Assembly: GCA_032718475.1 (NCBI GenBank) | Contig: JAUCBJ010009117.1 | Coordinates: forward strand, 31,215-95,214 | Reading direction: 5' to 3' | Length of the DNA stretch: 64,000 bases | From: Nemertoderma westbladi | Lineage: Eukaryota; Animalia; Xenacoelomorpha | Made by a program: the position numbers and the translations under genes | Notes under the pieces: model-generated | What the model saw: the letters and a program-made list of their open reading frames with translations, nothing else | Told to the model about the DNA's origin: nothing | The model's database searches: none | Part shown: positions 38,345-51,166 of the stretch, one piece after another | How the letters are laid out: each line of letters begins with the position of its first letter | Position numbering within the stretch: the first letter of the stretch is position 1

Positions 38345-38578
38345 AACTAATTAACTGCTATTATCTTAGCTTCTCGAAGGCCACACTGAAATTCTACTTG
38401 GAAAATTTCTAAACTTTTGCCAAACAACATGTGTACCAAGTTTGGATAGATTTCATCAAAGATTGGCCGAGTTATTAACGTTTAAAATTGAACACGACAG
38501 AACGACAAACGACAGAACGACAGGTTGATTAATGGTACCACTACGCTAAGGCTCACTCACTTCGTGGCTCGCCCCACA
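38345..38578 (-). mobile_element. Helentron-associated/DINE-like element
   Basis: tgtaccaagtttgg..atttcatcaaagattggccgagttatta, (acgacag)n, tacgctaaggctcac..cgtggctcgcccca. Confidence 0.6.
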
Positions 38579-40559
38579 CGCCCAATCCTAATTCATATAT
38601 CCAATTCTTACATTTCCATTTACCATAACTGTTTACCTATTCTGATTTTATATGGAAAAATTTATTTCTCTAAAAAATTATTTCAAGCTCCTTTCAAGAG
38701 CTCCGTACTTGTGAATTCATTTTACAAACCACTCAGCACATTGTAAACTGATACTTTTCCACAGTAAATAAGACAATAATTAATTAACTAATAAGTAATT
38801 TAATCAATTAACAAAAACTAAAAATTCAGTTATCAAGGAGGGGATAATTGTTAACTGTTAAGGTTCCTGTAGCCTATTGCTTTTCAAGTAAAAAGTTTAT
38901 AAACTGGAAAAAGATTATGGTTAAATATATTTTTTATTGTTTATAAACAGAAACTCGTTTTGTTAGGTGATTTAATACAATATTATACATTTTTAATAAG
39001 AAATGTTAAGAAATGAATTTTTCCCAGAATATTATATTTTGGAAAAATATGAATCAAACAGCGTAGGCCTATGCCTATATGCTGCCCATGGCGAATAAAT
39101 CCCCAATATCTGCCCTGATCCTTTCATGCCAATGTCATGTGTCAACCCTCTCGATATGAAAATGAATGCAACGCAAATACCATATGATTGTGAGCAAAAC
39201 CAAAGACCAACACTGTAACCTGTGCTATTGACTCTCCTCCTATATAATAATGATTCGAATAGCGTGCCATTGTAATGGTAATGTGTCCATTTCCATTATT
39301 ATTGATTTATTTAACATTGTTGATTCGCTCAGATGCGTTTTTAAGTTTTCGCCAAGTGAACTGGCCTCGTGGAGGATTCATTTAGTTTGTTAGTTAAACA
39401 AACTATTAACATCTTCTTATGCATCATTCCAAAATACAGGATATGCGTATTTCGAAATCCTAACTTCGCATTATTTTCTAATACCGCATTTTACGTCCTG
39501 TTACTTAAATATATTCTGCTCTTAGTCCCAGTGGCCTTGCCTATTGTCCTTCCCTACTCTTTAATACAGCTTCCCGTTGTCTATTCAACCCCTTCTATGT
39601 GTTCCTGTCCACTTTGTATAGAACGTCTGCTCTGCAGCTGCCATCTATCCTCCAATCGCAGATAACACTTTTTACCAACGTCGAGGGAATTATGATCCAC
39701 CCCGTAGGTCTTCGCTGACTATTTTAGCAGTATACGGCAGAAAATCGATTGTGTGTGGTAGGTCGGAAGTGGAAGGTTGTCTCGTCTCATGAGCAGCGAA
39801 TCAATAACCTCTACAGTTGATTAACGCTAATACAATTCTATTATTAATTCACCTTTAGTTATTTTATAAAGTATAATAAGTGGAATTGTCGCCGTCTGAG
39901 ATACACCGATTAGTAACCAACCAGCAACACTTCACCTGTATCCCGCCATCTACGTGTCGGTTGCATTAGCAGTAACCGCGGTCCAATTTAATTCACATGT
40001 TGACTATCAGTAGAGCTTTTAATTGCTCAGATATTGTAATTGTGGTTAACTAGGCTATACTTTAACTATGTCTGTCTACAAACAGTAACTGTCACGTTGA
40101 CTGTACTGTACGTACATGTACAATCTCTTGTGATTGTACAATAATTATTGTTCGATTGTATTGTATTACATAGTCTCTGTCTATCTGTCTATCTTTGTCT
40201 ACCGCGGCTTATAGTCTTATAATACACCTTGAGCCGTAATAAATATATTGTCATTTTCTAATGACATGGACTCCCCCCCCCCCCCCCCCCCCTCCCAACT
40301 TTTTCTACACATTTTTATCATATTACTTGAACATGGCTTACGCTTGGAATTTGAAACACAACTAGTTCCACTCAACGTCGTTGTTACCATGAAACCCGAA
40401 ATTTTCGATTTTGACCCTAAATTTTTTATGAGCGTTTTAAAAAAGGTATATTTTGTGAAATCGCACCTACGAATCGTGACCATTCTTCACATTAATCATA
40501 ATTTATTTCATATCATTGGAAAGCTTGCGTCGCAAGGATTCGAAATATGTAACACGTAC

Positions 40560-40972
40560 GTGAGGACTTCGCGCAGCACGTGAGTCCAGCTGAGCCCCTG
40601 CGTAGAGGCACAATTACTGAACCTAGTCATTTGCCCCCTAGCGGCGAGACAGAGGAGCTGAAAAATACTGTCTGTGAGCAGAATTTATTTTTAAGGTTAC
40701 TCCTACCAAATTTCAGATGAATCTGATAGTTAGTTCTATAATTACAGCTACGTTTACGTTTCTGACAATTCGCCCCCTAGCGGCAGACAGATCAACTACG
40801 TCTGTTTCTCTGTAGAATTGCTAAACTTTTGATAGACTATATGTGTACCAAATTTGGTTCCATTTCATCAAAGATTGACCGACTTATTAGCGTTCAAAAA
40901 TTTACGACAGACGACGACGACAGACGATACCCGTACGCTAAGGCTCACCTGGATTTGCGTGGCTAGTCCCAC
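40560..40972 (-). mobile_element. Helentron-associated/DINE-like element
   Basis: Same core as 38345-38578 plus gccccctagcggc motifs; a related piece lies at 48630-48890. Confidence 0.6.
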
Positions 40973-40992
40973 AATATAGGCCTATATATTTC

Positions 40993-41234
40993 GTTGAGAA
41001 AAGACTGAGTGAGATATAGGCGTTCAAAGATTGGTATTGGTAAGAAAGGTATTTATTCTAATTAATAAATACACAATGTTCTGGAACATTTTGTTTATGT
41101 ATGAATAGCTACGCAATATAGAAGTTGGATAGTCATACCGCTGTTTGTGTATTTATTAAGTAGAATAAATGGCCTTCAGCGTTCAATAATTCCTGCAATC
41201 TTTGAACGCCTATATCGTAGCTGTTTCTCAACGA
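40993..41234. mobile_element. Small MITE-like inverted-repeat element
   Basis: cgttgagaaa...gatataggcgttcaaagattg is inverted with caatctttgaacgcctatatc...tttctcaacg. Confidence 0.6.
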
Positions 41235-41624
41235 CTCGAACATTGTTACATGTTTGTAATCCTTGCAACGCAAGCTTTCTATTGGTATGAAAAATTATTC
41301 ACTAATGTGAAGAATAGCGACGATAGCGAATGTGCAATTTCGCGAAAGATACTTTTTTAAAACGCGTATAAAAAAATTAAAGGCAAAATCGAAAATTCCG
41401 GCTTCATGGGGACATCGACGGTGAGTTGAACTAGTTCTGTTTCAAATTTCAAGCAGTATGATAAAGATTTGTAGAAATGTTATTATTTTTGTCCCTGGGG
41501 GGGGGGGGGGGGGGGGGGTGTATTTACAAATTGATTATCATTATTGTACCTAATGCCATATATTTTTGCTCAATGTTAATTCTACTTTATCATTATTATA
41601 ATTTACTATTATATTAACCGACAG

Positions 41625-43616
41625 ATAAACCAACCGCGGCGATTGGACCACGTTAGTCATCCCAAGGCCGAGATCGTTCTCCCCATATCGGTCCGGCCCG
41701 AGATCTCCCGTCTAAAGGGCACTGACCACGGTCCCAAGAAACTCGTTACAATCGGCCAATCCCTCTCCGCGTGCCACCAGCCCCCCTATCGGCTGCCGCA
41801 CCAACGGCCCATCCCCCAGCGCGCCCAGCAGGGGTTCCTCGTCTCCCAACGGCCCAGCACCACTGGCCTCGTTACCCAGCAACGCCCCGGCCAACCCGTG
41901 GGTTCAGCACCGGCTAAACATCGGCCTGGGTCACCAGCATTATCGCATACTGTGCCGTCCGAACCCACGGCCCCATCCTTATTAGTTCGCTCAGAACGGT
42001 TGGGGCGCCACTCAGTGACTCGGCCAGACCCACCCGGCCCTGGGCGTTACCAGCCGGCGTCCCTCGCCCCAACACCACTGCGGCAACCACCCGCAGCATC
42101 CACCTTCTACCACCCACCAACTGCTGCGACCCTCCACCAACCACCAGCTGCTGCCACCCCACACCAACCACACGCGGCTGCCACCCCTCGCCAGCCACCT
42201 GCTGCCGCCACCCTTCACCAGCCACCTTCTTCCGCAACCCTCCACCAGCCTCCTTCTTCCGCCACCCTCCGTCGGCCACCCGCAGCCACCACACCCCGCC
42301 AACCACCCACTCCATCCACCCTCCGCCAGCCCCCCTCTGTACCCGCTCCTCCCACATTCTCCAGCGTTTACGCGGACACTATAATCTCTAGCGATAAGAA
42401 TCCCTTCCTTCTCGGTAAACCTACTCCGGACACGGGGTTGCTGTCCCGATGGACCAACAGACTCAGTATCGGCAGTTCCTTAGACCCTTCCGACGAGTCG
42501 AGGATCAGTTATGGTACGGTCGCTAAACAGTCCTTCAACGACGTGGTAACGGGCGCGAGACTCGCTAAACAATGGACGCCGCCACGCGCAGATGGAAGGA
42601 TCGAGCGATCCAGCGGAAAACAGTGCGACGAGTCCGAACTCAACCGAGCTGTCTATCGGACCAACGCTCGGTCGTCTGGAGGCGGCGCCACCAACTGCGG
42701 GACGCCTCATGGATGTCCGGATGACTCATCAACCCACTGCGGGACGCCTCATGGGTGTCCGGATGACTCATCAACCCACTGCGCGACACCTCATGGGTGT
42801 CCGGATGACTCATCAACCCACTGTGGGACGCCTCATGGGTGTCCGGATGACTCATCAACCCACTGCGGGACACCTCATGGGTGTCCGGATGACTCATCAA
42901 CCCACTGCGGGACACCTCATGGGTGTCCGGATGACAGAACTTATTGCGACTCGCCCCGTGAGGAAGGTTACTCGGAGTACTGCGACACCACGATTGGGTG
43001 GTCGGGTGCACCACTTCCTGCGTACCCCAGTGACCGACCCCGTTGCGGCACCAGCGAGGGGTGCGGCACCCCCCATGGGTGCGGCACTCCTGACCCATTT
43101 GATTTCCCTTCCCCGCCACCGTTCCCCTCCAACGTCGATGCCGCCGACATGGGTTTCGAGCGCGACGACTCTTTGCGTCGCAGCGCCGATAGAAACTTCT
43201 CTAAATCGAGTCCGGAACTCAATGGCGAACGCGACGACTCGGATCTAGTGTTCGGACACTCGGCCACGGACTATAACCTCAGCGGACACATTATGCTGCA
43301 GTACAAGACGTACGCGTGTCTGACGGAGATCCTACCGGTCGGAGGTGGCGCGGCTGGCGAGGTATCCATCACGGGATCGCTGGACTTCGACCGGATACTC
43401 CCCACCCACGCCCAGGGTACCATGGGGATCTACAACATCGGGGTCTACAAGGGCTCGGTTAGCGACGAAGGGTTGCACCATCTGGGAGGGTGGTTCGGCG
43501 GTGTTCGCAGCGGTGCTGGTAGTCGTGAGAACCTGTTGGTTCGTGCTGCAGGGTGCAGCTCGGCTCCGGATCTACCGTCGCTTCTACGACGGGTCAACGT
43601 CTACGGGCGCTCCTGA
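41625..43616 (+). CDS. FRMD6: Expanded/FRMD6-family protein, coding exon 2 (Pro-rich, low-complexity C-terminus)
   Basis: Acceptor ...ttaaccgacag|ATA at 41625 is phase 0 and in frame with the long GC-rich ORF ending TGA at 43616. AATAAA at 43934. Confidence 0.75.
   Translation: MNQPRRLDHVSHPKAEIVLPISVRPEISRLKGTDHGPKKLVTIGQSLSACHQPPYRLPHQRPIPQRAQQGFLVSQRPSTTGLVTQQRPGQPVGSAPAKHRPGSPALSHTVPSEPTAPSLLVRSERLGRHSVTRPDPPGPGRYQPASLAPTPLRQPPAASTFYHPPTAATLHQPPAAATPHQPHAAATPRQPPAAATLHQPPSSATLHQPPSSATLRRPPAATTPRQPPTPSTLRQPPSVPAPPTFSSVYADTIISSDKNPFLLGKPTPDTGLLSRWTNRLSIGSSLDPSDESRISYGTVAKQSFNDVVTGARLAKQWTPPRADGRIERSSGKQCDESELNRAVYRTNARSSGGGATNCGTPHGCPDDSSTHCGTPHGCPDDSSTHCATPHGCPDDSSTHCGTPHGCPDDSSTHCGTPHGCPDDSSTHCGTPHGCPDDRTYCDSPREEGYSEYCDTTIGWSGAPLPAYPSDRPRCGTSEGCGTPHGCGTPDPFDFPSPPPFPSNVDAADMGFERDDSLRRSADRNFSKSSPELNGERDDSDLVFGHSATDYNLSGHIMLQYKTYACLTEILPVGGGAAGEVSITGSLDFDRILPTHAQGTMGIYNIGVYKGSVSDEGLHHLGGWFGGVRSGAGSRENLLVRAAGCSSAPDLPSLLRRVNVYGRS
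42690..42935 (+). repeat. Coding 42-bp tandem repeat (THCGTPHGCPDDSS), ~6 copies
   Basis: Visible in both DNA and translation of exon 2. Confidence 0.9.
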
Positions 43617-45492
43617 TCCAGGTGACTCCGCCAGTATAACGACAGTGTTAAGGTGTTGCGGTGTGCGCGGTTGCGCAGCTGAGGCCGCGCGCGAAGCGAT
43701 CAATTTAAACGCCCACCTCGATATATTGAACCGTTAGTTTACATTGTAATATTATTTGGTGTTGTGTAATCTTATTGTTGCAATAGTGTCGTTACATTGG
43801 TTAGGTTAGTTAATTTGTATTATTTGGAGTTTATTTATTAACCGTTCGTAGTTCATTGGTTTATTCGCAGAAAGGGGCCCCGATTCATCCACCTTTATCG
43901 GTCGCAGGAAGAGCCAATCACTCAGGATCGTGTAATAAACATTTACTTTAGCGTTAAATTATCAAATAATTACAATTACAGGATGTAACACTTACGTAGT
44001 TCGGTGTATTTGTGTAGCTCTAGGCTACAGTTTTGCTAAAATAAAAAATGTTCCGTGTAAGTAAATTCAATATGATATGTGTTGTTTATTTCGTGTAACT
44101 GTAAACTTGTTTTCAAAGTTCGTTTTTCTGTTTATATGCCTACCATATAAGCCTTCGGAACATACTTCTATATTATTATCTGTATTCAATTCTCCAGTAT
44201 AATATTTCTATCACGGAACTGTAAACATATCTCCTGGTCCATGATATACAACAAGTGGTAGTCCATAAGGTATCATTAATCAAATTAAATAAAACATAAA
44301 GCCTTACTTAGTATATTGGCTACCTACAGTGAAAATATATACTAGAATAGAAACTATCAGCAAGAAAGCCGGTAACATTATCCAATCTGTTTATCTCTCC
44401 ATGCTTTAACATGAAATAAACTAACTATTATTTCCCGTATATTCCATCGCCCGACATTCCGACCTTAATGATTGCTTTCATTATTAACGTATTTTTTCTT
44501 CCGTATAGTGTCGGGTTGTCCATAGTGCGTCTGTACATATATATACATATATATTGGCTTGGAGACAATTATTATTATCAATCAATACTGATTGAGGACT
44601 ATTCCTATAATTTGGCCTCAAAGCTACGAGTAGGTCGATGATTTTATAGTTTAAGGATATAATTTCGTAGGCCCTCAAATGATTCATTTTCCTAATTTCT
44701 CGATGAGTTTTTGCCAATGGGATTCTTTCTTAGACGCTTTGGCCATCGGTTAATGAGGCCTGTTGTACGGTGGTGTGAGGAGGACAATACGAGCTGCAGA
44801 AACGTGGATCAATAGATGGGGAAGTAACCGACGCCTCCATGTCAACACCGACAATCAACTTATAAAATCGCACACATCAGCGATTCTTAATAACTTGGCA
44901 GCTCTGTGGGATTCCGAAATAATACTAGTTTATATAAGTCGAGTCGTTCCAAGGATTCAAACGATTTCCAATTAACTATTCATTGGGAGTTACTAGAAAG
45001 CCTTCAATCGGGATTGTATCAAATAACTCAAAGTTATAGTTAAGTATATGTGGCGGGTTTTGGGTATCACTCACTTTATTTTACACTTCTGAAGAAGTTA
45101 TATTCAAATTATCTTACAATTTATTACTGGATGGTTTACTGACATAAAAATTCTATATAATCAGAACATTTCCGTTCTGCTGGAACTATTTATCAGATAT
45201 TCAAAAAATTTACTTAACTATTCTTCCGAATCCCGTTAAAAACATGGCGGGATCGGGATTGCATTTTTCGCCGGGATCCCGGTTTTTCGGGATCAGGATC
45301 CCGCTTAAACACTAATATAAGACATAATCACAAGGCACGGAGAAAATAAAAAATATCACACAGAAAGTTCCAAAATACGGAAACAGTTAAGTCTCGTCAG
45401 TAATATAAACTAACTGTTTTTTAAGTTTCAGTTTTATAAAATAACACTAAGGACTTGTTTATTAGACGTATAGACCCCCCCCCCACACTCAC

Positions 45493-45800
45493 CGTTGCAC
45501 CACCTCCTCCTGCTCCTTAACCATGGTAGCCAGCTGCTGGAATATCTGTCCCAGCTCTACTATGGTAGACTCTATGCTCTCCATGGTACTGGCGCGCTCC
45601 GTAATGTACGCGTCCGTCTGCTCCAGCAGTTGGAGGTCCTGCATCTGATTGGCTGAGCCCTTCTCCATGTCTATACCAACGGCGTTCCCTCGCTCGGCCA
45701 TGAAGAGAACCGGGGCGCTGGCGCTAGGATGCATACCAGTTCCGCCAGATGGCGCAACCGAGGTGAATCTATCGCGCCGCGATTTCTGTTCTTTCATGTT
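45493..45800 (-). CDS. STX5: Syntaxin-5, coding exon 3 (linker and N-half of the SNARE motif)
   Basis: tag|AAC ATG AAA GAA..; RASTMESIESTIVELGQIFQQLATMVKEQEEVVQR; phase-2 donor CG|gtgagt. Confidence 0.93.
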
Positions 45801-47095
45801 CTATTCGGAATAAAAACAACATTAACAATGGAATCTTACCGGATATCAATCCGAAACGAACACTTTATTATTGTTTAATGTGGGGCGAGCCACGAAAGGT
45901 AAATGTAATACGGGTAATTCTGACGTTCTGTTGTGTCCAATTTTGAACGTTAATAACTCAGCCAATCTCATATCAATCAGTATCTCATAGCTGAGCCTCG
46001 TGCTGGGCGAAGCGAAGGCCTCACGAACCGAACGTGTGATTATAGTATTTTAAACAAGCAGATTGTAGAGGTGCAAAAGTAAGTAATGCAGATTTCAAAG
46101 CAACTTATGTAATAATAAAGTAAGGATGGTCACGAAGCAAGGATTACCGAAGGCCCTTCACTCTTGGCTGTTACCTGTAACGCTGTAAGACAGGGAAGGC
46201 TCCACACTAACTCCCGTGGTTGAACCGTGGTATGTAATACCAGAAGGTGTTAAATATGAGAACCAAAAAGCGACAGAAGTAAAAGTAGGGAGGCGTGTAA
46301 CAGATATTAGATAAAACAAAATGTTGCTTCTTATAAAGCTGTAGGGTTTTTTTATTGTTATAAATTATATATCACGGCATTGGGGTGTCGTTATATATTT
46401 TTTAATAAAATATACATTTTGAATTTTTATGTTAATCTAATCATTTATAATTTAATATAAACTTTTGGGAATGTCATTTTTTAAATTTTCTAAAAAATTT
46501 AAGAAATTATGTCCTATTTTGTCTTCCATCAATTTATATCTTTCAGTTTCTTTCATGCACTATTCAAGCATCCTGTCTGAAGGCCCAGCAACCACTCAAT
46601 TACATTTTCAATAATAATTACTTTTTCCCTTATGAAATTTTTTTCATTTTATCTTAAAATTATCAAAGTATAAAATATCAAAATTATTTCTTACTACTTA
46701 TTAAAATACTCTATTAAAATATTACTCTTACTAAAATGCTGGTATAACCAAGTTGATGTAAAAGGAAATATATATGTTTTAATAGACATCCGCATCCGCA
46801 TCCGTGCGGATGTTAAAAATATAACATTCGCAACATCCCTATAACATACAATATCACAATAAAACCACTTTACTTATAATACTGTGTGTTAGCCGCTTGT
46901 ATATAGCCTGAAGGGATAGTCTAAATGTAAATAAATGCAGTAATTTTAGCAACAATTTAAAAAATTATATTTTAATTAGTCACCGGTATCATTATTTATT
47001 GTTATTAAACTTTAGTTTTTATTCCAAAAAGGAACAGCCATATATAAAACAATAACACAAATAATACAACCTGTTTACAAGTTATTTTTATATAT

Positions 47096-48980
47096 TAGTG
47101 TTGCAACGGAATTCGGGATCGAGATCGGGATTGCAACTGTCATGTGACTGGGATCCCAATTTTCGGGATCGGGATTTTTAATTTTATTGCGGCCCGACAC
47201 ATTCAAAACCTAAAATAGCTATCTGCCCTGCCCTGCCCTCTTTATAGGATAAAAAAAACTTTCGAGAAATCTCATGTACTAAAAAATGCCTAATATGTAA
47301 AAATGTCCAACGACTTGTTTCAAATGTTTCACAGACATCGTTTATCTCCCACGTACGTATTTCATTTCACTTACGTTTTTAATATAATTTCTGTAACATT
47401 TTTAATATATCTACAGCGTCTCACTGAATCGCTGCCACATAAAAATGTTTTTTTTCATATCAAATAAAAAGCAACACGTGTTTCTATTATTTATAATATC
47501 GATATTCTTTAGATTTATTATAATTTATTATAACTAACCGACTATGTTAATTAACCACCACATACAAATACTATTACAACTCAGTTACGCTCTTTTTTTT
47601 TAGAACGAAACAGTTTAAGATTAGTTTATAATTAAAAGTAAACATTAAACTGAAGCTCACAGAAACAGACGTCTACCGCCAATACAAAAGGGAAATCGTA
47701 CTAAAGAAGCAGTTGAAATATGAATATCCCCCAGTATAAACTAGAAACTGAAAGTTATTCACTATTTTACTTTAAGAACATTTTAAGAATAATTGAGGCT
47801 GAAAGTTACGAAATTTTTAAGAACATTGAGGCTCTGCAAAATTTTACTGGTTCTTATATAATAAAAGAGGATCAATGTTTGATCTGACAGTCTCACACAA
47901 GCGGTTAGCAAGGCCTACGGTACTCCAATTCCAGTAGGCCTATGCCTCTCGGTTAGAGAGACAAGTAAAGTGTCTTAAAACTTTCAACTTAATAACAATT
48001 TAAACCCAACAACCAAAACTTAATTGAATACGAACATAAAATAATAATTTATATTTTAATATTGTTATTGAATCATTACAATTATAATTTTAAACCAAAA
48101 TTCATTTCATTTTTCGGATGAAGTGGACCTTTTGGGGATTTGGGGTAGGGCACACGTGCCCATAGTGCCCACCCGCTGCCTACGCCCATGCATGTCGCCA
48201 AAACCGTAGATCTTCCCTCATATTTGCGATTGTCGCTCAATTGCGTAGAGAATCTCAAGCATTTTGACTGTCTACCCACCCAACCTTGATCTTACAGATA
48301 GGGGGGAAACTGGACGCAATAAAAATTCACCCTCTCCAGGGGAAATTGGACGCAAATAACAGCTGATTACTCTCAAAAATAAAACTGCAACCTGTTCAAT
48401 TGTGTTTATTTTATTGTTTTGGTTAAAATAACGTGCCACTGTAACCTGCTCCTTTCCCAAAATTGAGAAATTAATATTGAGGCGGGATATTAATTCGCCA
48501 AGATGGGATTTGCGTCCAGTCCCACCCCCCTCCTATCTCTTGATTTCACTAAAAAATAGAATACATTGCATTTTACTGTTATAATTACTGTATTGAATAA
48601 AATAATTAATTTATTGTTTATTAAACCGTGCTAAGCACGTTGAACTGGAGCTCTAACAATTTCCCACTAGCGGCAGACAGGAACTGTAAAAGTCTCTGTA
48701 GAATTTCTAATTAAGCAATGCTCGTAGGTTACTACTACCAAATTTCAGATGAATGTGATTGTTGGTTCTATAATAACAGCTATTTTTACGTTTATGTCAA
48801 CTCGCCCCTTAGCGGCAGACAGAGGAACTGTAAAAGTTTGTCTCTATGAAGAATATCTAAACTTTTAACAGACTACATGTGTGTGTACACTTGTGGCCTG
48901 CTCCTTTCCCTAATTGAGAATATTAAGAATTTAACATTGAGGCGGGATATTAATTCGCCAAGGCCGGTTTTGCGTCCAGT

Positions 48981-49022
<42 letters not shown>

Positions 49023-49928
49023 TGTCTCTCGTAAAATGCTACTTTACTTTACAAAAGGGAAATCGTACTAAAGAAGCAGTTGAAATATAAATATCCCCCA
49101 GTATAAACTAGAAACTGAAAGTTATTCACTATTTTACTTTAAGAACATTTTAAGAATAATTGAGGCTGAAAAGTTACGAAATTTTTAAGAACATTGAGGC
49201 TCTGCAAAATTTTACTGGTTCTTATATAATAAAAGAGGATCAATGTTTGATCTGACAGTCTCACACAAGCGGTTAGCAAGGCCTACGGTACTCCAATTCC
49301 AGTAGGCCTATGCCTCTCGGTTAGAGAGACAAGTAAAGTGTCTTAAAACTTTCAACTTAATAACAATTTAAACCCAACAACCAAAACTTAATTGAATACG
49401 AACATAAAATAATAATTTATATTTTAATATTGTTATTGAATCATTACAATTATAATTTTATACCAAAATTAATTTCATTTCTCGGATGAAGCGGACCTTT
49501 TGGGGATTTGTGGTAGGGCACACGTGCCCATAGTGGAGTGCCCACACCCACCCCCTGCCTACATGCCCTGCTTATAATTATTATAAGAGGATATTTCTAT
49601 AAATATTTACTATTAAAAGTAAACGTTTAATCAATTAATAAAATAGGAAATTTTCGGAAAAATGTCTTGGAAATTTCCTTAATATTCTTAATCTCATTCC
49701 TTAATGAAAATATTCTAAAATTTATGATTATGACAAAAACGTTTGTTTATGTTAGTAGCAAAAATTGTACATTTTTATTCAATTTTACACATTTAAAGCT
49801 GCAGGGCATATAAATTTAGATATAGAAAATCCCGAAAAATCCCGATATATTTCCATTGGGATCGGGACGGGATCGCGATTTTCCATCGGGATCCCGACTT
49901 TCGGGATCGGGATCCCGTTGCAACACTA
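47096..49928. mobile_element. hAT-type element (TAGTGTTGCAACGG TIR) inside a STX5 intron
   Basis: tagtgttgcaacgg...ccgttgcaacacta with cgggatc subterminal motifs; 8-bp flanks ttatatat/atatatat (1 mismatch). Contains a ~500-bp direct duplication (47683-48185 / 49050-49563) and nested MITEs. A degraded right end also lies at ~45230-45314. Confidence 0.75.
48295..48539. mobile_element. MITE, same family as 2631-2863
   Basis: High similarity over its full length to 2631-2863, with the same TIRs. Confidence 0.8.
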
Positions 49929-50216
49929 ATATATATTATATATTTTATTTATTTATGTTATTTTATTATTTTATTAATATTTACCACGTTGTAACTTTAG
50001 CTTTCACTGTAGCTCTTATGTTTTTTTGTTACATTATTCTAGGCGCCAGATCTCTTAACTCTTAAATCTCTTATAAGAATAATATGCTGTTCATTGTTTA
50101 TTTGGTATAATGTTGGTTGTTAGTTTGTCGGTCAATACCCAGCTAAAGCCTTGATTGGCTAATGTTGTATTAAATAATAATTGAAAAAACTATTTTCAAA
50201 GAAATAATGAACTCAC

Positions 50217-50461
50217 CTCTGTTCTAACTTCCAGGACGTGTTTAAAGTCGTTCGACATGGTGGCCAGCTTGGACTGCAGGCCAACCACAACTGAGTTGGA
50301 ATGGGATTGCACATTTTTATTACCCGCGTTGCGTTGCGTAGCCGACAGTTGGCGTAACAAAGTTATCTGTTTATTTAAACTATTTATATCCTGTTTAATA
50401 ATATATGTGAGATCCTGAATCTCCGTCTGCCGCTCGTCGAATATTGATTTACGTTTCGCAA
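50217..50461 (-). CDS. STX5: Syntaxin-5, coding exon 2 (Habc)
   Basis: cag|TT GCG AAA gives LAKRKSIFD..EIQDLTYIIKQDINSLNKQI..HSNSVVVGLQSKLATMSNDFKHVLEVRTE; phase-0 donor gtgagt. Confidence 0.95.
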
Positions 50462-51166
50462 CTGCGAATAAATAATTAATATTAAATAAAGAGAATATCT
50501 TACGTTTAATATTTACCGGTAGATTAAATGAACGGTTTTGTTTTACATAATCTGTGTGAAAACCCAAATTTTTGCCATGGACCTCCAAGGTGGGATCGAA
50601 CTGGTGACCTCCGGCTCTCTAACCATCCCAATAGCAATATGCTCAACCTTAATGTACTTGGACTGGACGTCGACATAGGGTAAAGATCCCAAACATTTGA
50701 CCATATATTCTGTCGTGAGACTAAGTAACACTGTTTGTTGACAACCAATTTTTGGAGTTTCGACTGATTTCAGATTTAGATGCAGTGGCAAACTCTTTGA
50801 GTACCGGTAGCAATACATATAACTTGATGAGCAACGCATCAGGTTGATGTCTAATAGTTGTCGCATTTAAACTGCGAACAAGTTAAAAAAAACATTGCTA
50901 GTTGCTTACAAAGTAACCCAAAAAATCACGTGTAAGCCGCCCTTTCACTTTTCATTATTAAAAATTCGCCATTCAAAATTCCGTACCGGTATAGTCCTAA
51001 TTAGAGTTCTGCAGTTACTGGTCCGGTCCTGGTCGGTACTGAACTCAACAATACATGCGTTAATGCGTACTAGAACCGGTATACTGGTGACTGGTATAGT
51101 AATATTCATTATTTTAGAAAACCAATGCAATTTAACCAATTAGAATTAACTATGTCTCGAACTCAC

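Noticed and set aside
44300-44390. Hydrophobic WIMLPAFLLIVSILVYIFTV on - as the STX5 transmembrane exon
   Set aside because: An in-frame stop lies just upstream, the context is purine-rich rather than acceptor-like, the phase is wrong, and the second half of the SNARE motif is absent.
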